Shown piece after piece: positions 1 to 13,589 of a stretch of 64,000 nt of DNA. The position numbers were made by a program, and so were the translations under genes. The stretch comes from Balanoglossus misakiensis (taxonomy: Eukaryota; Animalia; Hemichordata): contig CM082582.2 of assembly GCA_040954595.2 (NCBI GenBank), positions 10,965,483 through 11,029,482 on the forward strand. Reading direction: 5' to 3'. The first letter of the stretch is position 1; every line of letters starts with the position of its first letter. The notes below the pieces were generated by a model. It was given only the letters and a program-made list of their open reading frames with translations, was not told where the DNA came from and did no database searches.

Positions 1-1049
1 GTGTTTCTCTAATGTGTTGATGACGTTCGCAAAACCTCCAATTCTCGCCCCACCGCATACCCAAATACTACACGTTTTTGTCGCGTTACACTTAGGCTAT
101 TCGCTGCGATCTTGTTCAAATTTGAATAATATGTGAACCATCTGGGATACCGTCATGTCCAAACACAATTTATGATGCAGTGATGATGTCAACGCAAACA
201 AAGGCTCGAATAATTCCCATTTGTTTCGCCAGGTTTACTTCGCGGGAACTTCAGGTGGTTGGTCCACCACCTATAAGCCCTTAGCCTTTCATCGTGTGTG
301 CCTTTGCCCGAACTGTCCGACATCAATTACATTTGCGCCTGTAAGCCATCTAGCATATTATCTTTTATGTACAGTTTCGAGTAATGCATTACAAATTATT
401 CATGTCCGTTGTTAAGTCTTTGCATGCCAATCTTGAGTATAAATGGATGATTGATTTTTGCTTGAGGTAATGGACCGCACGTGCGCACATACGTAGGATA
501 AGCGAGACTCTAAAAACCTACAAATTATAACGTGGTTGTTACTAGTGCTGGTTCAATGCACGATTGTTGCTACTCAAATTAGGCATATGTGTCTCAGATT
601 ATTAAATCTTCTCTTTCTCCTCGCCGACTTTGTAAGCCCATTATTTTTGGCTTGAGTCTTAGGAATTTACAGCTTTCACAATTTTCAAATCAAGACGTAC
701 GTAAAGGCAGGGTGGTTGTGAAAAAAATTGAAATGACCCGGGAATTTCTTAGCTCTATACTTTCGTTCATGATTCGTAAGAAAAATGTCAGTTGGGGACC
801 GATTGTTGAACGTGAGTGGGCGGTTGTTGGTTATCACCGACATGTTTGGTAACGAAGTCTTCGTGTGCCGGAGCACGCAAACTGCTGGGTCCACGATACT
901 TCGAGCCACGATATTGTCCCTCGCAGAATCAGTCGCCTTTACTGAGAGACTCTACCACTCTTTAAATCTTGAATTCAGAGAGCCGAGGTTTAAGCGTAAA
1001 TAAAATTCGAAACTTCACCCGAAGCATACTGCGACTTGCACAGAATTCA

Positions 1050-1260
1050 CAGGCGTCACGAAACCACCCAGTGTTGTGTTACGATTCGCCTAATCCCAGT
1101 TCCGTCGTCGGTGACGTCACGGCTGGCGTCACGTGACAACCCTGTCAGAAAATTAAAATTCTGAAGCCATATGGGCGCACTCAAAGAGTGTTTCGGTTTG
1201 CGCTTAAGAAAGTAACGAAGGGACGTGATAGCATCATTTCGACGCACTCGACGCTGGGAG
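1050..1260 (+). promoter_or_regulatory. Putative promoter of the CAP/CRISP-like gene
   Basis: CpG-rich stretch just upstream of the ATG at 1268. It contains the perfect CRE palindrome GTGACGTCAC (1111-1120) and the E-box/CLEAR-type palindrome GTCACGTGAC (1128-1137). Confidence 0.5.
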
Positions 1261-1267
1261 AGGAAAC

Positions 1268-1307
1268 ATGCTTCTATCTGTTAAGTACTTTGTAGTTCTC
1301 CTAACAG
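1268..1307 (+). CDS. CAP/CRISP-like secreted protein, exon 1 (signal peptide N-part, MLLSVKYFVVLLT)
   Basis: aaacATG start context and a consensus donor CAG|GTAAGT in phase 1. Joining to the phase-1 acceptor at 9844 gives the signal peptide MLLSVKYFVVLLTVFNTQLCLA. The link across an 8.5-kb intron is inferred. Confidence 0.72.
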
Positions 1308-4300
1308 GTAAGTCCAAAGCATGATGTATTATCCTTATTTTGGGGGCATTTCATCGCAGTAGCAGCAACTTTGGAATCGTGATATATGTTTTTACCCTTT
1401 AAAAACTCTCTTCGCTGAAACAAGTCTTTGAGAGATTTACGAGAAAAAGAGGAGCGACGGCCAACAGGATTGATGTATTGTAACCGCCGCGTTTTGCAAC
1501 TTTGTACCAGTTGACTTAACACGATAGTCATACCTATCCTTTCTGATCTTGGACTCAAAAACTACCAACTTCGAAGAAAGGTGTTATATCACCTCTTTTA
1601 CCGATTATTCTTCTCCCCAAGCAGAAACAAAAACGAAAATCTCTGGTATGCCTTTCCGTTTTTGATACAACCAAATCCGAGACATGTATAGATAAATAAA
1701 TGCCAGTGTAGATAAATAATAAATTCCAATTCCAAATGGCAAGTTTATGACGCCTGTGCATAGCGACGATATATTTTAATGAAGACGTTCGTAATTCGAT
1801 TCGTAATGAAATGGCTTGATTGGGCTTGCATACATCTGAGTGATTGATCCGTATCGAATGTTTGCATCGGACCAACCACCGGCGTCGAAGACACGCCGAT
1901 CCTTGTTCACGCATAATCATCTTCGGATTTTGCACAGGAAACTACCTATACAATCTCCCGTCAAAGTGGAGTGACCGTTTTACAATGGAAAGCGTTCGTT
2001 TCACGTATTAGCTTGGGATAAGTGGTGCGTGAGCGCGTGGTGTGAAGCACAGAATGGAGTTCCCGGTGATAAAATCACACCTATACAAATTGAAAGCGTC
2101 TTCACTTCCAATCGCTTGGAAATTAACTCGATACTAATCAAGTACCCAGCCGCGAACTGCCCTAGTTAAGAGCAAAGCACTGCGATCTCTCTGTATTAGG
2201 CGCGGCTCACTTATTTTTAAGGGGGGAATTACGCGTAAACTTATGGAGGTTCTGCCATTGTGAACATCCTCAAGAGGTAGACGTTGAACAGACTAGAATG
2301 AATTCAAAGCTAAATGGCACTACTGATTTACTCCATAGTAAGATGACAAGATGTTATTCTGGTTGGGAATTCTTTCACTGGTGAGCAACGCAACAGCCTT
2401 CACTTTCACTTTCAGAGAGACATTCTACGCATAATTCATAATGCGACAAAGTAAAATATTTTATTTTTCAAAGCATGTCACACTTTCACTATCAGAGCAC
2501 ATATGACCATGTGAGATGTACGGTCATCTATGCAAAGGGAGTCACATTTACCATGGAATGCGAAGAATTAGCCAATCGCAATTTTTTTTTGCATATCTGT
2601 TGACGTCACTGGCCGCTGGCATGAAAAACCTGCGTCGGTTCGATTTGCAAGGCCCTGCATTATTTTTCATTCAAAGAAAATCTAACAAAAAGGTTAAAAT
2701 TTCATTGTTTTTTATTCGCCTTGGCAACGGTCGCCCAGCAACATGAATCCTTAGGTACATCCTTAAATAGACAAATCAGTGTTTTTCTGCACCCAATGGG
2801 ACTAATTTCGACAATCAGCGCCTGACTGAACACGTCATCCTCTGGGAAGATACGGTTTAGTATCCATAGCAACATGCAAATAAGCGAAAGCAGTTGAAGC
2901 AGAGAAGAAGCGCATTTCCCCGGTTTTAGGCTTTTTTTTTGAAATATCGATTTGTTGGTTTTACTTTCCTACTCGAGTTGAAACGATTAATTTCCCATTG
3001 ACTTCATAATCCAGCATGCGGGATGTCAAGAAGGATATTTAGGCGTTGACAGATTTATCCAAAGTGAGCTTTGTAGCCATACAGCGCACATTGACAGCTA
3101 TTATGTTGAGTTACCTTTTTCGCTGTGGAGATCGCTTGTCGCAGAAAATACAATACACAGTTTTCTCTAAGCTTCACGTTTACTTTTGATCCTCCGTACA
3201 TGTACTAAACTTGTTATATACGTGCAACAACCATCCGACAGAACACATCGACTTCTGCAAGAGAATATCTCTTGTCGTAAAAATGGATTAAGACTTGGTC
3301 AATTTGACATTTCGAGAGGATTGTCCACGAAGCCTATACATTAAAGATTATAAGCATAAGAACATCTGTCTTCTTTTTCTGCCTCTTCTCATACGAAGAT
3401 ATCCAGCCTTGAATAAGTCCTTTCAGTGCTGTTCTATCCGCACATTTCCATCCGCGTGTTCAGCGACAGCTGCTTGGCATTTCACACATCGTCTGGCAGA
3501 GGACTGCATTGACTTGTTTGACCTCCCGCGACATCTGTGATTTGTTATCACCTGGGCGCGCATGTCCTGTCAAGTGGAATTCACGCAGCCCAACTAAATT
3601 GATATCTCATGCAGACTTTATATTGCAGTGAGCATATGGTGTTTTCCAGTACTCATCCGTTAAAATTATCGCCTTTTGCGCTGCGCAAATGTGAGACATG
3701 CTGGGGGGGGGGGGGGGGGGTAAGTGCCGGACAACGTATTTGTAGCGCACATAAAATGGCCACCGTTTTGGAATAAACCTTTACAAAGGGTAACCACGTG
3801 CATATGTCAAAATAATTAATTTGGTGATTACACTCAATTATTTGCATCGTCTGCCACTGGTTTCGGTTTGATAGCCGCGAACTCAGCAATGAACGCGTAG
3901 TAGTGCTTTTGACTCGGATCATTTTACATGGCTGACTTGCGGGTAATTGATTCGTCCATTAGTAAACTACAAACCATTTAAGGAAGATGGGGTGTAATTA
4001 GGGGACCGCGCCACTGGCGAAGAACGACGTCTGCAGGGATCTTCGCTCGGCATCAACTCTGCCCGTGCGCCTCGGAGACCGCTTCTTGATGTAGACAGTC
4101 ATACGTGCTCAGACAGCAAAAAGACCGGTGTCAAAACAGTCGTCGATGTGATACAGATGCCATCCCTGCCAAACGGAGAATCTCTGATGGAGAACGCATT
4201 CTTCGCTACTGGCATCTTTTCTTCACTAATTGCAATCGTTCTCCTTGAAGACGCTAGTAATGTACCCATTAAACTTGCAAAATCGTTGCCAAGAGTAGAC

Positions 4301-7300
4301 GAAAGCTTGGTCTGAGCACATTTGTCGACTGATCGGAGATCGCAAGTCAAAGAGCCCCGGGCACTAGCTAGTACACTCGCTGAAGACATGATGATATCGC
4401 TTAGAAGCTATAAAATTCTTGTTTTGTATTGTTTACACAGGACGATGCGACTTAAAGGCTGGACTTGGGTAGACTTGTTGATTTGTTACGAAGTGACGGG
4501 TGGGGGAGGGGGAGGGGCAAAAGATTTCCTCAAGCGCCAGTAGTAGTATTGAATTCTAACACCATTTAGGTGTTACATTGCCAATGTCAAATTGAAGACG
4601 TTTCGCAGTTTGAAGCCAGGCCCACTCGCAGAAAAAGTCATCCCGCTGAATTGCGCGTAGGTTACCTGACGCTGACAGCGATGCTTAGATATCCATTAGG
4701 AATGATTTCAGACCCGACTGGAGTATCTCAACACCGCTTTCATGTGTCATCAAATGTTCAAGTTCTTCGGGCCGCCCGTGGGCTTTTGCTCTGACAATTT
4801 TCCAAGAAAGCGAAGATTTTATTGAACTTGACGTGATTTGAAAAAAAAATGGGAGATCGTACGGCGCGGTGTGACATCTGGTCTGTGCCTCAGCGCCACG
4901 GGTCGGGTTTTCCGTCCCTTCCAGGGTTCATGAAGATGAAGAACGGTTTCGAAATCGGGAGATATATTATGAGCTGACATTTGATTTCTCTTGAAAACAA
5001 AGACGACATATGTTATCAGCTCCGGCCTTGGGCAGAATCTGAAACACGCTGCGTGCGTATACTACAGTATAAGCTTACTAGCTGACTTTGGCACAAGGCA
5101 TTACTAAATAAACGAGTGTACTTCTAAATTCATTCATGAAATCTGAACATGTTTATTCATATCCGTTGGGCATCCATTGAAATATTCATTGGTGTTGTCC
5201 CGAGCGTCTTCGTGGGACTTGTCGTGACAATACCTAAAACGACTGGGGAATCCATCTTTATGATTATATTATGGCTTATCGATAAGTCGCGCTTTGAATT
5301 TTGAAATGTCGTCTCTTCTGATCGCCTATCTTGTTCTTGTTTATCCGTTTTCTTTTCGTTGCGCACGCGTCGGCTGCTTTGAAGGTCAGTGACTAAGTGG
5401 AACAAGGAGTTGACGACGACAATTAATAATTGACGCAGTGTACATCATGGTGCTGTTTATCAGTTTGAGAGCAATTAGCGAGTGTGCTATAGGTGTAGGC
5501 TCAAAATGGCTACTTCACTGATCTGTTTATCACTTTGCAGCGGGAACCATTTTTGTAAGGGACGGCGGACAATTAACGATTAATTGACACCTACAAGTGG
5601 CCTTATGATGCAGGTCTCTTGAGAAGATGATAACTCTTATTTCCCATGCACTGTGTTGAAAACTGGCAGATGGCACTTTTTTCTGGAGTTTCCTGTAACG
5701 TAGGAGACTCAATGGCCATATAGTGCTGTTGGAAATTGGTCTTGTCGTGAGTTTTAAGTATAAGGGTGGCCTTATGAATGATTTTATTTGTTTCTCGTCG
5801 CAAGGCCACGCCAGAGTCCGCGCCAGAGTCGGTCGAAAATAAAAAAAAATAGTCTGAAATAATCAAAATAACGTCAAAAGTTTACGGCTTTGCCCCTTTA
5901 AAACTCCAACTGAAAACAAATCAGTACTCTGACAACGGAAAGACTGTAGAGAGTGAACTATAAGGACGAGAACGACATCTGAGCGAATCGACACTACATC
6001 TTCTGTAAAACACAGTAACCCGAACATTCTTAGATTCGTGTCGAGTATCAAGTTCTCTTCAGTAAAGCTTACTGCAACTCAGGTATCCTTCACAGATATG
6101 AGAATGCCCTTACAGACGCGTTCTATTGTTTGCAAACTGGAAGAAACCAGATTCTGTTCGGGCGACCTTTTTGGGGCCTTCATATCATCAGTAACACCCT
6201 GAACTATCATCTCAACGAGCTAGTTTGTTGTCACATGTATGTCACATGAGGAACATACTGGCGTACATGTATTTTCATCCCTCATATTTTTCCGAATCAC
6301 CGTGTAAAAGCACCGTGGCTGTTGTATGTGTCGATTTGCCCTGGGACCGATGCAATGGCGGTATTGAGTGGGCGACGGGAACGCTTCTTGAAGGATGTTC
6401 CACCAGACGATCAATCAGAACACCGCTACTTATGTGAACCGACAGAACCACACCTCAGACAGGCGTCTCCACGATTCCCGAAACACGTCAAGATTTATCG
6501 CTTGCTGCTATATTTCCACACAAAGACCCGTTTTTGAAAGATCGGGAATGGCGAGCTGCGGCGCGATAAAGTGCGCATCTTAAAGTTCGTCTATACATTC
6601 CGCCCTGTCGCCATGGAAATGGCTATTGTTTTTCGTAGACGGCCTTAGGGGTAAACCGAATGGTTGTTATAACAAACGGGCGTCTGGTTGAAAAAAATGT
6701 CAGAAGAAAATACAACAATGCAACCGCCCAATTTCAATTTTAGAACCGAAGACATGAAAGAGTGACAGTGCGGGGGAATAATGATCGCAGAAATGCATCA
6801 AATGTCTGATAACTGTAGTTCCTTCACGCAGTTGATGGAACCTTTATTTCTTGATACATCCGGCGATTTTGTTCGCCCATTTTCTTTCCAATTTACGACT
6901 AGCGACTTCCATATCCCCCAGGGACGCAGAAAAGTACCCGTGACCCATCATTGGTCGTTTGCTGAAGCCGCGTTCCATCTTGACAACTTCTACGTCATCA
7001 CTCGCGCATTTGAGCATGCTCTATTTCGATGATATGCATATGATGAGGCGGCAAGTCATATTCAGCGTTTCTTAATCTTAAAAAAATACACGCAAGAAAT
7101 TTTGGAGAACTTGTCGCAGAAAACCACGTGACTGATACTCTCCAATCAGATGGCAGGCAGCCAACTGAAGGGATTTGAGCCTGTTTCAACACCGAGCGGA
7201 GATAATACCGTTATTACAATACAAGCTTACCCTCTGTATAATATTTCCAATGGAAAATCATCCCCATGCGAGCTGTACGTTCGTCAATACACAAAGATGA

Positions 7301-9843
7301 TTCGCTCGTTAGAGGGGATTAGATCGCTCCCTGTCTCAATGACGCACCGTTATTCGTAGGATATCCTGTCATTGACGAAAGTTCAAACGCACTTCCAAGG
7401 CATTCTTCGAAAGATGAGATTAGCGCCTGAATTTTTTTTTTTTTTTTTTCCCGTGGATAATCTAGTAAATTTTTGACAGATGGATAGTTTAACCAGTGTA
7501 CACATCATTGGCCACGCATTGACTTAACATTATCTTTCTCGGAAATTTCGGTGTTGTGTATGTACACATGTACACACCCACAAGCAACATGGCCGTGTGA
7601 GCATAGTGGCAGTTTCAACCATGCATCCACTGCATTTTATGATGAGTCTGACCCGTGTGTACAGATAGCCATAAACACGACTCTTTAAAAAATCGTGAGC
7701 TAGCTGCCTCTAGAACAAACTTCTATCGAGAGTTTTGCGTCTGAGCAAGCCGCGCTGACGTAAACGGCCTTGTCAGACGGCGATAAATCACGTAATCAAA
7801 CAAGACTGTTTTCAGAAGATTGAAAAGCTTCGCAATCATCTCCGATTGTTTTTTCTTTCAATGAGAAGAGCCTTTTTCACTGAACGAAGATGAAGATCTC
7901 CATAATTGGACTAATTCACCCGACACACATACGCCCCCTCAGTGACACGCCGCACCGGATCCATCGAAAACCGCCATTCCTCTCAGGGAATGACGGCGAC
8001 AGCCAGCGATTCTTTGAGATCCACGGAATGATCGTTACAGATAGAGATTTTTTTTATCCGAGCACCATTTTGAATTGACGAGGATTCTAATACCCGCGTG
8101 TGCGCATACCACGATAGTTGCGTGTTCTTTAAATGGGCGGGAGAAATAATCAGTGTGGCACCCATTTATTATTTGACTTGTACATTGTTACATGTACAGC
8201 CACAATCAGAGGTTGGTAATATGTTTGTGCTTAAAGTATTTTTAATTGGGGCTTTAATTTAATGAAAATTTCATTTGTTATTTTAGTTCATAATCACATG
8301 GGAAAAGTGGGCTCATCCCCAGACTTCCGCCTCCCGAGGTGTCGGTTTCTTCTCCGACAGTTGAGGGGTCCTCTGAGCAACACAGCGAGCTCTGAGGGGC
8401 AACACTTGAGAATTAACGCGCTATTACTCTCGGCGGAATTTTTCTAATTTTAAAAGTAACGGCCACAAAAGGCAACCCCTTAACACGAACACCACTCTTG
8501 TTCAACACTTCATCGTTTTCCAACACATAAAAAGAAGTCCCAGTCGTCGTTAAATATTCAGGAGGCTGATGAAGTGTCTGCCGGCATCGCCATCCCCGGA
8601 GAATGGCGCAACGTTTGCGCTGTCGAAGAGATCAAACAGGAAGGCAAAATTTTATTAAAACACTGTCTGCTGGTGATTACGCTGGCGTGGCGGAAAAAAG
8701 ACCGCTAAAACTGGTCAAGTATAGTCTGATCGCGAAATACTCCTGGTGCATTGTAGAAGCTAACATACAAGACTTGTACCCCTTCATCTTCATTTTAAAA
8801 GGATAGTTTCAGTCATGAAGTTACATTCGACCGGCAGTACATTAAGAGGTCATTGAGACACAGATCCTCATATTTAAGATGTTCATCTGGAAAGCAGGAA
8901 AATCCCCAGTCAAGGAGACGAGTTCTGTCAAAACTACAAGTCACTAGATATCTCTTGACAGATTATGAATGGGACATTGTATGGATCGTGAAAACGGCTG
9001 ATTAAATTGCGAACATGAACATTCAAGTTTCAAAAGTGCGAGAAAAACGAGGCGCATTTTCAAAGTCGTCTTCTGTTACTTTACAATGGGCGGCTCAGGC
9101 CATACTAATTAAGCTTTATGTTATACAGGGTTTCGGATTGGGGGCACACACACGGAAAACTCACGGTCTTGGCGTTCCCAACTAACAGAGTGATCGCGAA
9201 ACATACACTTTGTTTACTTTGGCCTTATACCATTCTTGCAATTACAAGTCATCATTGATGACACATAGCCCGCTCGTAACTTGTGTGCAACGTGCCCAGC
9301 CACGAAAATCATCGAATGCTGTCAAGATTTTACCCCTGTGGCAGTTTTTAATGAGGCATTTTTGCGCTGGTGTGATCAACGGCTTCGAACAAAAGACAGT
9401 AAAAGGATCTAATTTAAAGTTATTACCTGACAGTCATACTGGATCGTGTTACAACATAAATCATGTACAACATGACACATTGTGCCAAGCTTGTATGGAA
9501 TCAATCCACACTCTGTCTGAGTCAGAATGGACCCGGGCGTGTCCGCCTTGGAGCCATATTGTATCTTATCGCTACAGTATTCATAACGAATGCAGAAGAC
9601 TGTTTTCAGTCTTAAGGAGGATTTTGTTCTGTTGTCTTCGAAAGAATCACACTATTTTGACTAATCATTTTGTCAGCATGGACTCCATGCACGGGACACA
9701 TATTTTACACCGTGTTTTTTTCTATTTGCTGGTAAGGTTCATATTTCTCCCTTCAGTGTCGACTTTTCATGAACGATTATGAGTCTGAATAGTTTCTTAT
9801 TTTCCAGTTCGGTTAATCGATTTTGCTCCACGTCTCATTTCAG

Positions 9844-10001
9844 TTTTTAATACCCAACTGTGTCTTGCGTCATCGCGCCAAGTCAGACGATACCTCGACA
9901 AGGAGAGTCAACACATTTTAAATATACACAACACACTCAGGAGAAAGGTCGGCATACAATGGGCAAACGGGGATTTCTACGTGTCGAATATGAAGAAATT
10001 G
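9844..10001 (+). CDS. CAP/CRISP-like protein, exon 2
   Basis: tttcag| acceptor and |gtatgt donor in phase 0. Encodes VFNTQLCLASSRQVRRYLDKESQHILNIHNTLRRKVGIQWANGDFYVSNMKKL, which has the CAP HNxxR motif and the NMxxL that precedes the conserved W at the start of exon 3. Confidence 0.9.
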
Positions 10002-10073
10002 GTATGTACGGGCAATTTGTGTTCATGCGCGCAGGTGCTGATGTTCCAGCGTATGTTCTTTAGGCCCAGTTCT

Positions 10074-10311
<238 letters not shown>

Positions 10312-13300
10312 ACAAGAGCTGATTATTGGCAGTGTTCTTACACAGGAAGCAAATAGCCAATCTCTTATCCTTCACAGAATTCTGTTCCGTTCCATTTCTC
10401 AATTCCTCAGAAAACACCGAGAAGACGCTTATTAGAAAACGAACATGCATCCTGCCCACGCGCTGTATTGCAGGCCCCGTTTTTTTTGAATGGCGAGTTG
10501 ATCAGCACCGTCTGAATAGACTCGGTCATATTTGCATTCTGGCAATTTTCTGACGTCACCCTCTTCAGTCCTAGTCCCAAATTATCAACCGATTGATATA
10601 TTTGCACGAATTGTGGATATTCGGCAGGGCATATCGCCGCGTCTGATTACTTCACTTATCAAAGCGGAAGCGGGTCGATATTCTTCAAATAGTTCAACTT
10701 CAAATTGGGCTCGTTTTGTCAGCCAATCAGCTGATCTGTTCGTCATCCAATTAATTAACTGAATAACTGAATAACCGCCCACTCATCATCTCCAATCAAC
10801 TGATTTTCTCATTTCGTTAAGATACAAGCCTTGCTTGTTTTAAATGCAGAATGCCTGTAATAACATACCGGACCAACAAAATCGATTTCTTCTGCTTTTC
10901 GATTATTGAACATTTACTTGTGTTGATGGTCTTCCACACCCGAAGGTTGAGTTCTCAGAACTTGATCCCCGCCAAAGATAGTGGCCTGGCTGGGTACAGG
11001 TGCATGCGTCAACCCAACAACTGATTAAGAAAACGCTGGAAATGATTTTATTTCGATTTTAAGTCTTCAGAGCTTTTTAAAGTCTTAGAGAAATCCTGGA
11101 AGAATACCGGGTGTACTGTTTCATTTCCTATGAGAACGTCTTAGCACAAAATGCCACTCTTCTAAGCCGAGTAGCCATATTAATCCTAATTAAAGCCAGT
11201 TCGATTTACCAATTCTATCTGTCGAACCGAGGATTGGGGCTTGCAGCCATGGCGGGTTTATAACCACATTCAAGAGTTCGAAAGGTAAATGAACGTTAGA
11301 GATTTGCAGGGAAGGTTTCTGTCCCCAAGAAAATAAAACGGATGGCCAACTGAAAAAACGAAGAAAGCGTCTAAAAGGATGACGTGTATTTCTGCCCGTT
11401 TTGGCACCAGCAAGCCAACGAATAATTGAAATCGTCAATAACAGAAGCAAATATTTGTCCGAGGATTCTCGAATAGTAAGTACACAACTGCTGATGTTGT
11501 CACGATGGCGGTTGAGAAATTCAACTCCACATTCTTGTATTATTTCGAGAGCTTCTCAGTTGAACGAGGCATACACAATCATTGTCCTCACGAACCCTCC
11601 AAGCAACTTTTAACTACAGATAGTAAGAAATAGAATGTTTTCCCTTCAAACGTTGCATACGTCACGTTGTTGTAACGTGAGCAGAAATGAAAATGATGTC
11701 GTAGTCGATCGTTTCTATAGTAACAACGCGTTGTCTTTTAAACCACTGACGCTATGATATTGTAGTATCGTTTGGGAGCGGGGGGGGGGGGGGGTGAGGG
11801 GCGTTAACTTCTCGGAAAAGTCAGTGTCGTTTGTTGACGGTAAAATGACCAAAAATGAACAACTTGAGGGTGACATGGTTTACAGCTGCCTCTGTCATGT
11901 CCGCGAACTTCACGATAGTCTTAAACATTATCCAAAATATATAAAATCAACTTTTATGCTAACTGTAAAGCAGAACCCTTTCGCTCAAAAACGTCACGAA
12001 ATACAGTGAACATCATCATCTCTTCCATCTCTTCGAACTCTTAGTACGATACCTTGTCCAATTTTAAAACCCAAAATGCAATTATTACCGGTATTATTAA
12101 ATTTGACCCCCCAGCATGAAGTCGAAAACTACGTAAGGTAGCGGGAAATTCTACCTGCATCAGGTGAAGTAGGCCACGTTTTGCAACTAGACGTCCTTCA
12201 CTACATATACACCCAGAGGGTTGTTCCGATATGCCGGACGCATATAGCTGACTTTATCGTGGGGCTGACTGTTACCGCTAGAAGGCTATCGGATACAAAC
12301 AGGGATATGAATGGAGCATGTATTTCATTTGAAAGGCCGTTGTGGCACCTTGTTTAACAGCGTATGCCTGTCCCTTGCCGGTCTACACGCCGGCTATTGA
12401 GCCCCCAAAGTTACGTGTGATGTAACTTGAAAACCAGATTACGGCATGCGATACTCCTGTGCAAGGAGACCGGTTTCGCAAACGCAAGATTATCATTTTT
12501 CCTCACTGATATCTTTATCCTGGAAAACCCATCATCGTCAAAGTAAAGAGACGGCATTTTCGTAGCTCGAGGGGTGCTAGTAATGAGTTGTTTCCCCCGA
12601 GTGTCAGACGACGGTAAACTAGAAATGATTGACGGATAAACTACAGAGAATATATGCCACGGTGCAGAGGACCCGTTTCTGTATAGCTTGTTTGTCACTT
12701 GCCAGATTGATGATCACTATTATCCTCAAAACGATTGTCCCTTATTACATACAAAACAAGACGCCCAGTCGTTTAATGGCTCTGATCTCGATATGACGCT
12801 AACTCATTTTCCCCACCTGCCGCATCCGCTCTCTCATTGCAATATCGCATCGTCTGCGTTCTCGTAATTTTGTTTTGCAACAAACGCCGCAGTTCTCTGT
12901 ACCCCAGACACCTGAGCACCTCGCGGTATAGAATGAACTCGCACACGGTAAACAAACCGCGTTCGTGGTCAATATCGATCGACAAAATTTCAAGTTGGCA
13001 AGGTGTATCGTATTTGCAGCTCAAAGTTCTGCTCAGCCATTTTGACTCTCTTACAAAACACATCCAACGTTTTGCACTTCACCGTCTCCTGTTAGTTCGA
13101 AATTGTAGTGTTTTAGTATTCCAGTATTTAAATGACAACACATAAATCCGTCAGTATGAAATTTTAGTCAACTACGTGGGATTGTCTTACTCAAAACCTT
13201 CTTGAGGCAGTAACGTCTTTTGTAAAAAATACACACGAGATTTATTCATTTTTGAAGTCGACAATAAATCAAAGTCGACAAGCTTGAGGGTCCTGATATT

Positions 13301-13589
13301 TCCTCTTTCTGTTGTTCGGTTATCTGACCCTTTTTATCAATGCTCAGTTTTCAGTAACATTTGAGAGAAAGACAAATTACAATCAAGGAGAAAGAAATGG
13401 TCTGTCTAACCTTATCAGTTCAGTCTGCACATTACGATAACAGTATATATGAGTGTTATTTTATGTTTTTTTCCCTGCGGCATATCCACGTCACTCTGAA
13501 GATACATCAAGAACATGTGCTTCAACATTGTTTAAATGACTGTTTGCAATTTGGCTATTCTACAAAAATATGAAAATTGTATTTCTGAA

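Noticed and set aside
685-960. Minus-strand LSVKATDS resembling a cadherin motif
   Set aside because: No other cadherin motifs (DxE, DxNDNxP) and no convincing exon boundaries.
10980-11120. Short matches to 5S rRNA (ggcctgg..gtac; gaataccgggtg)
   Set aside because: Only ~12 bp of identity with wrong spacing; no 5S gene or SINE head can be reconstructed.
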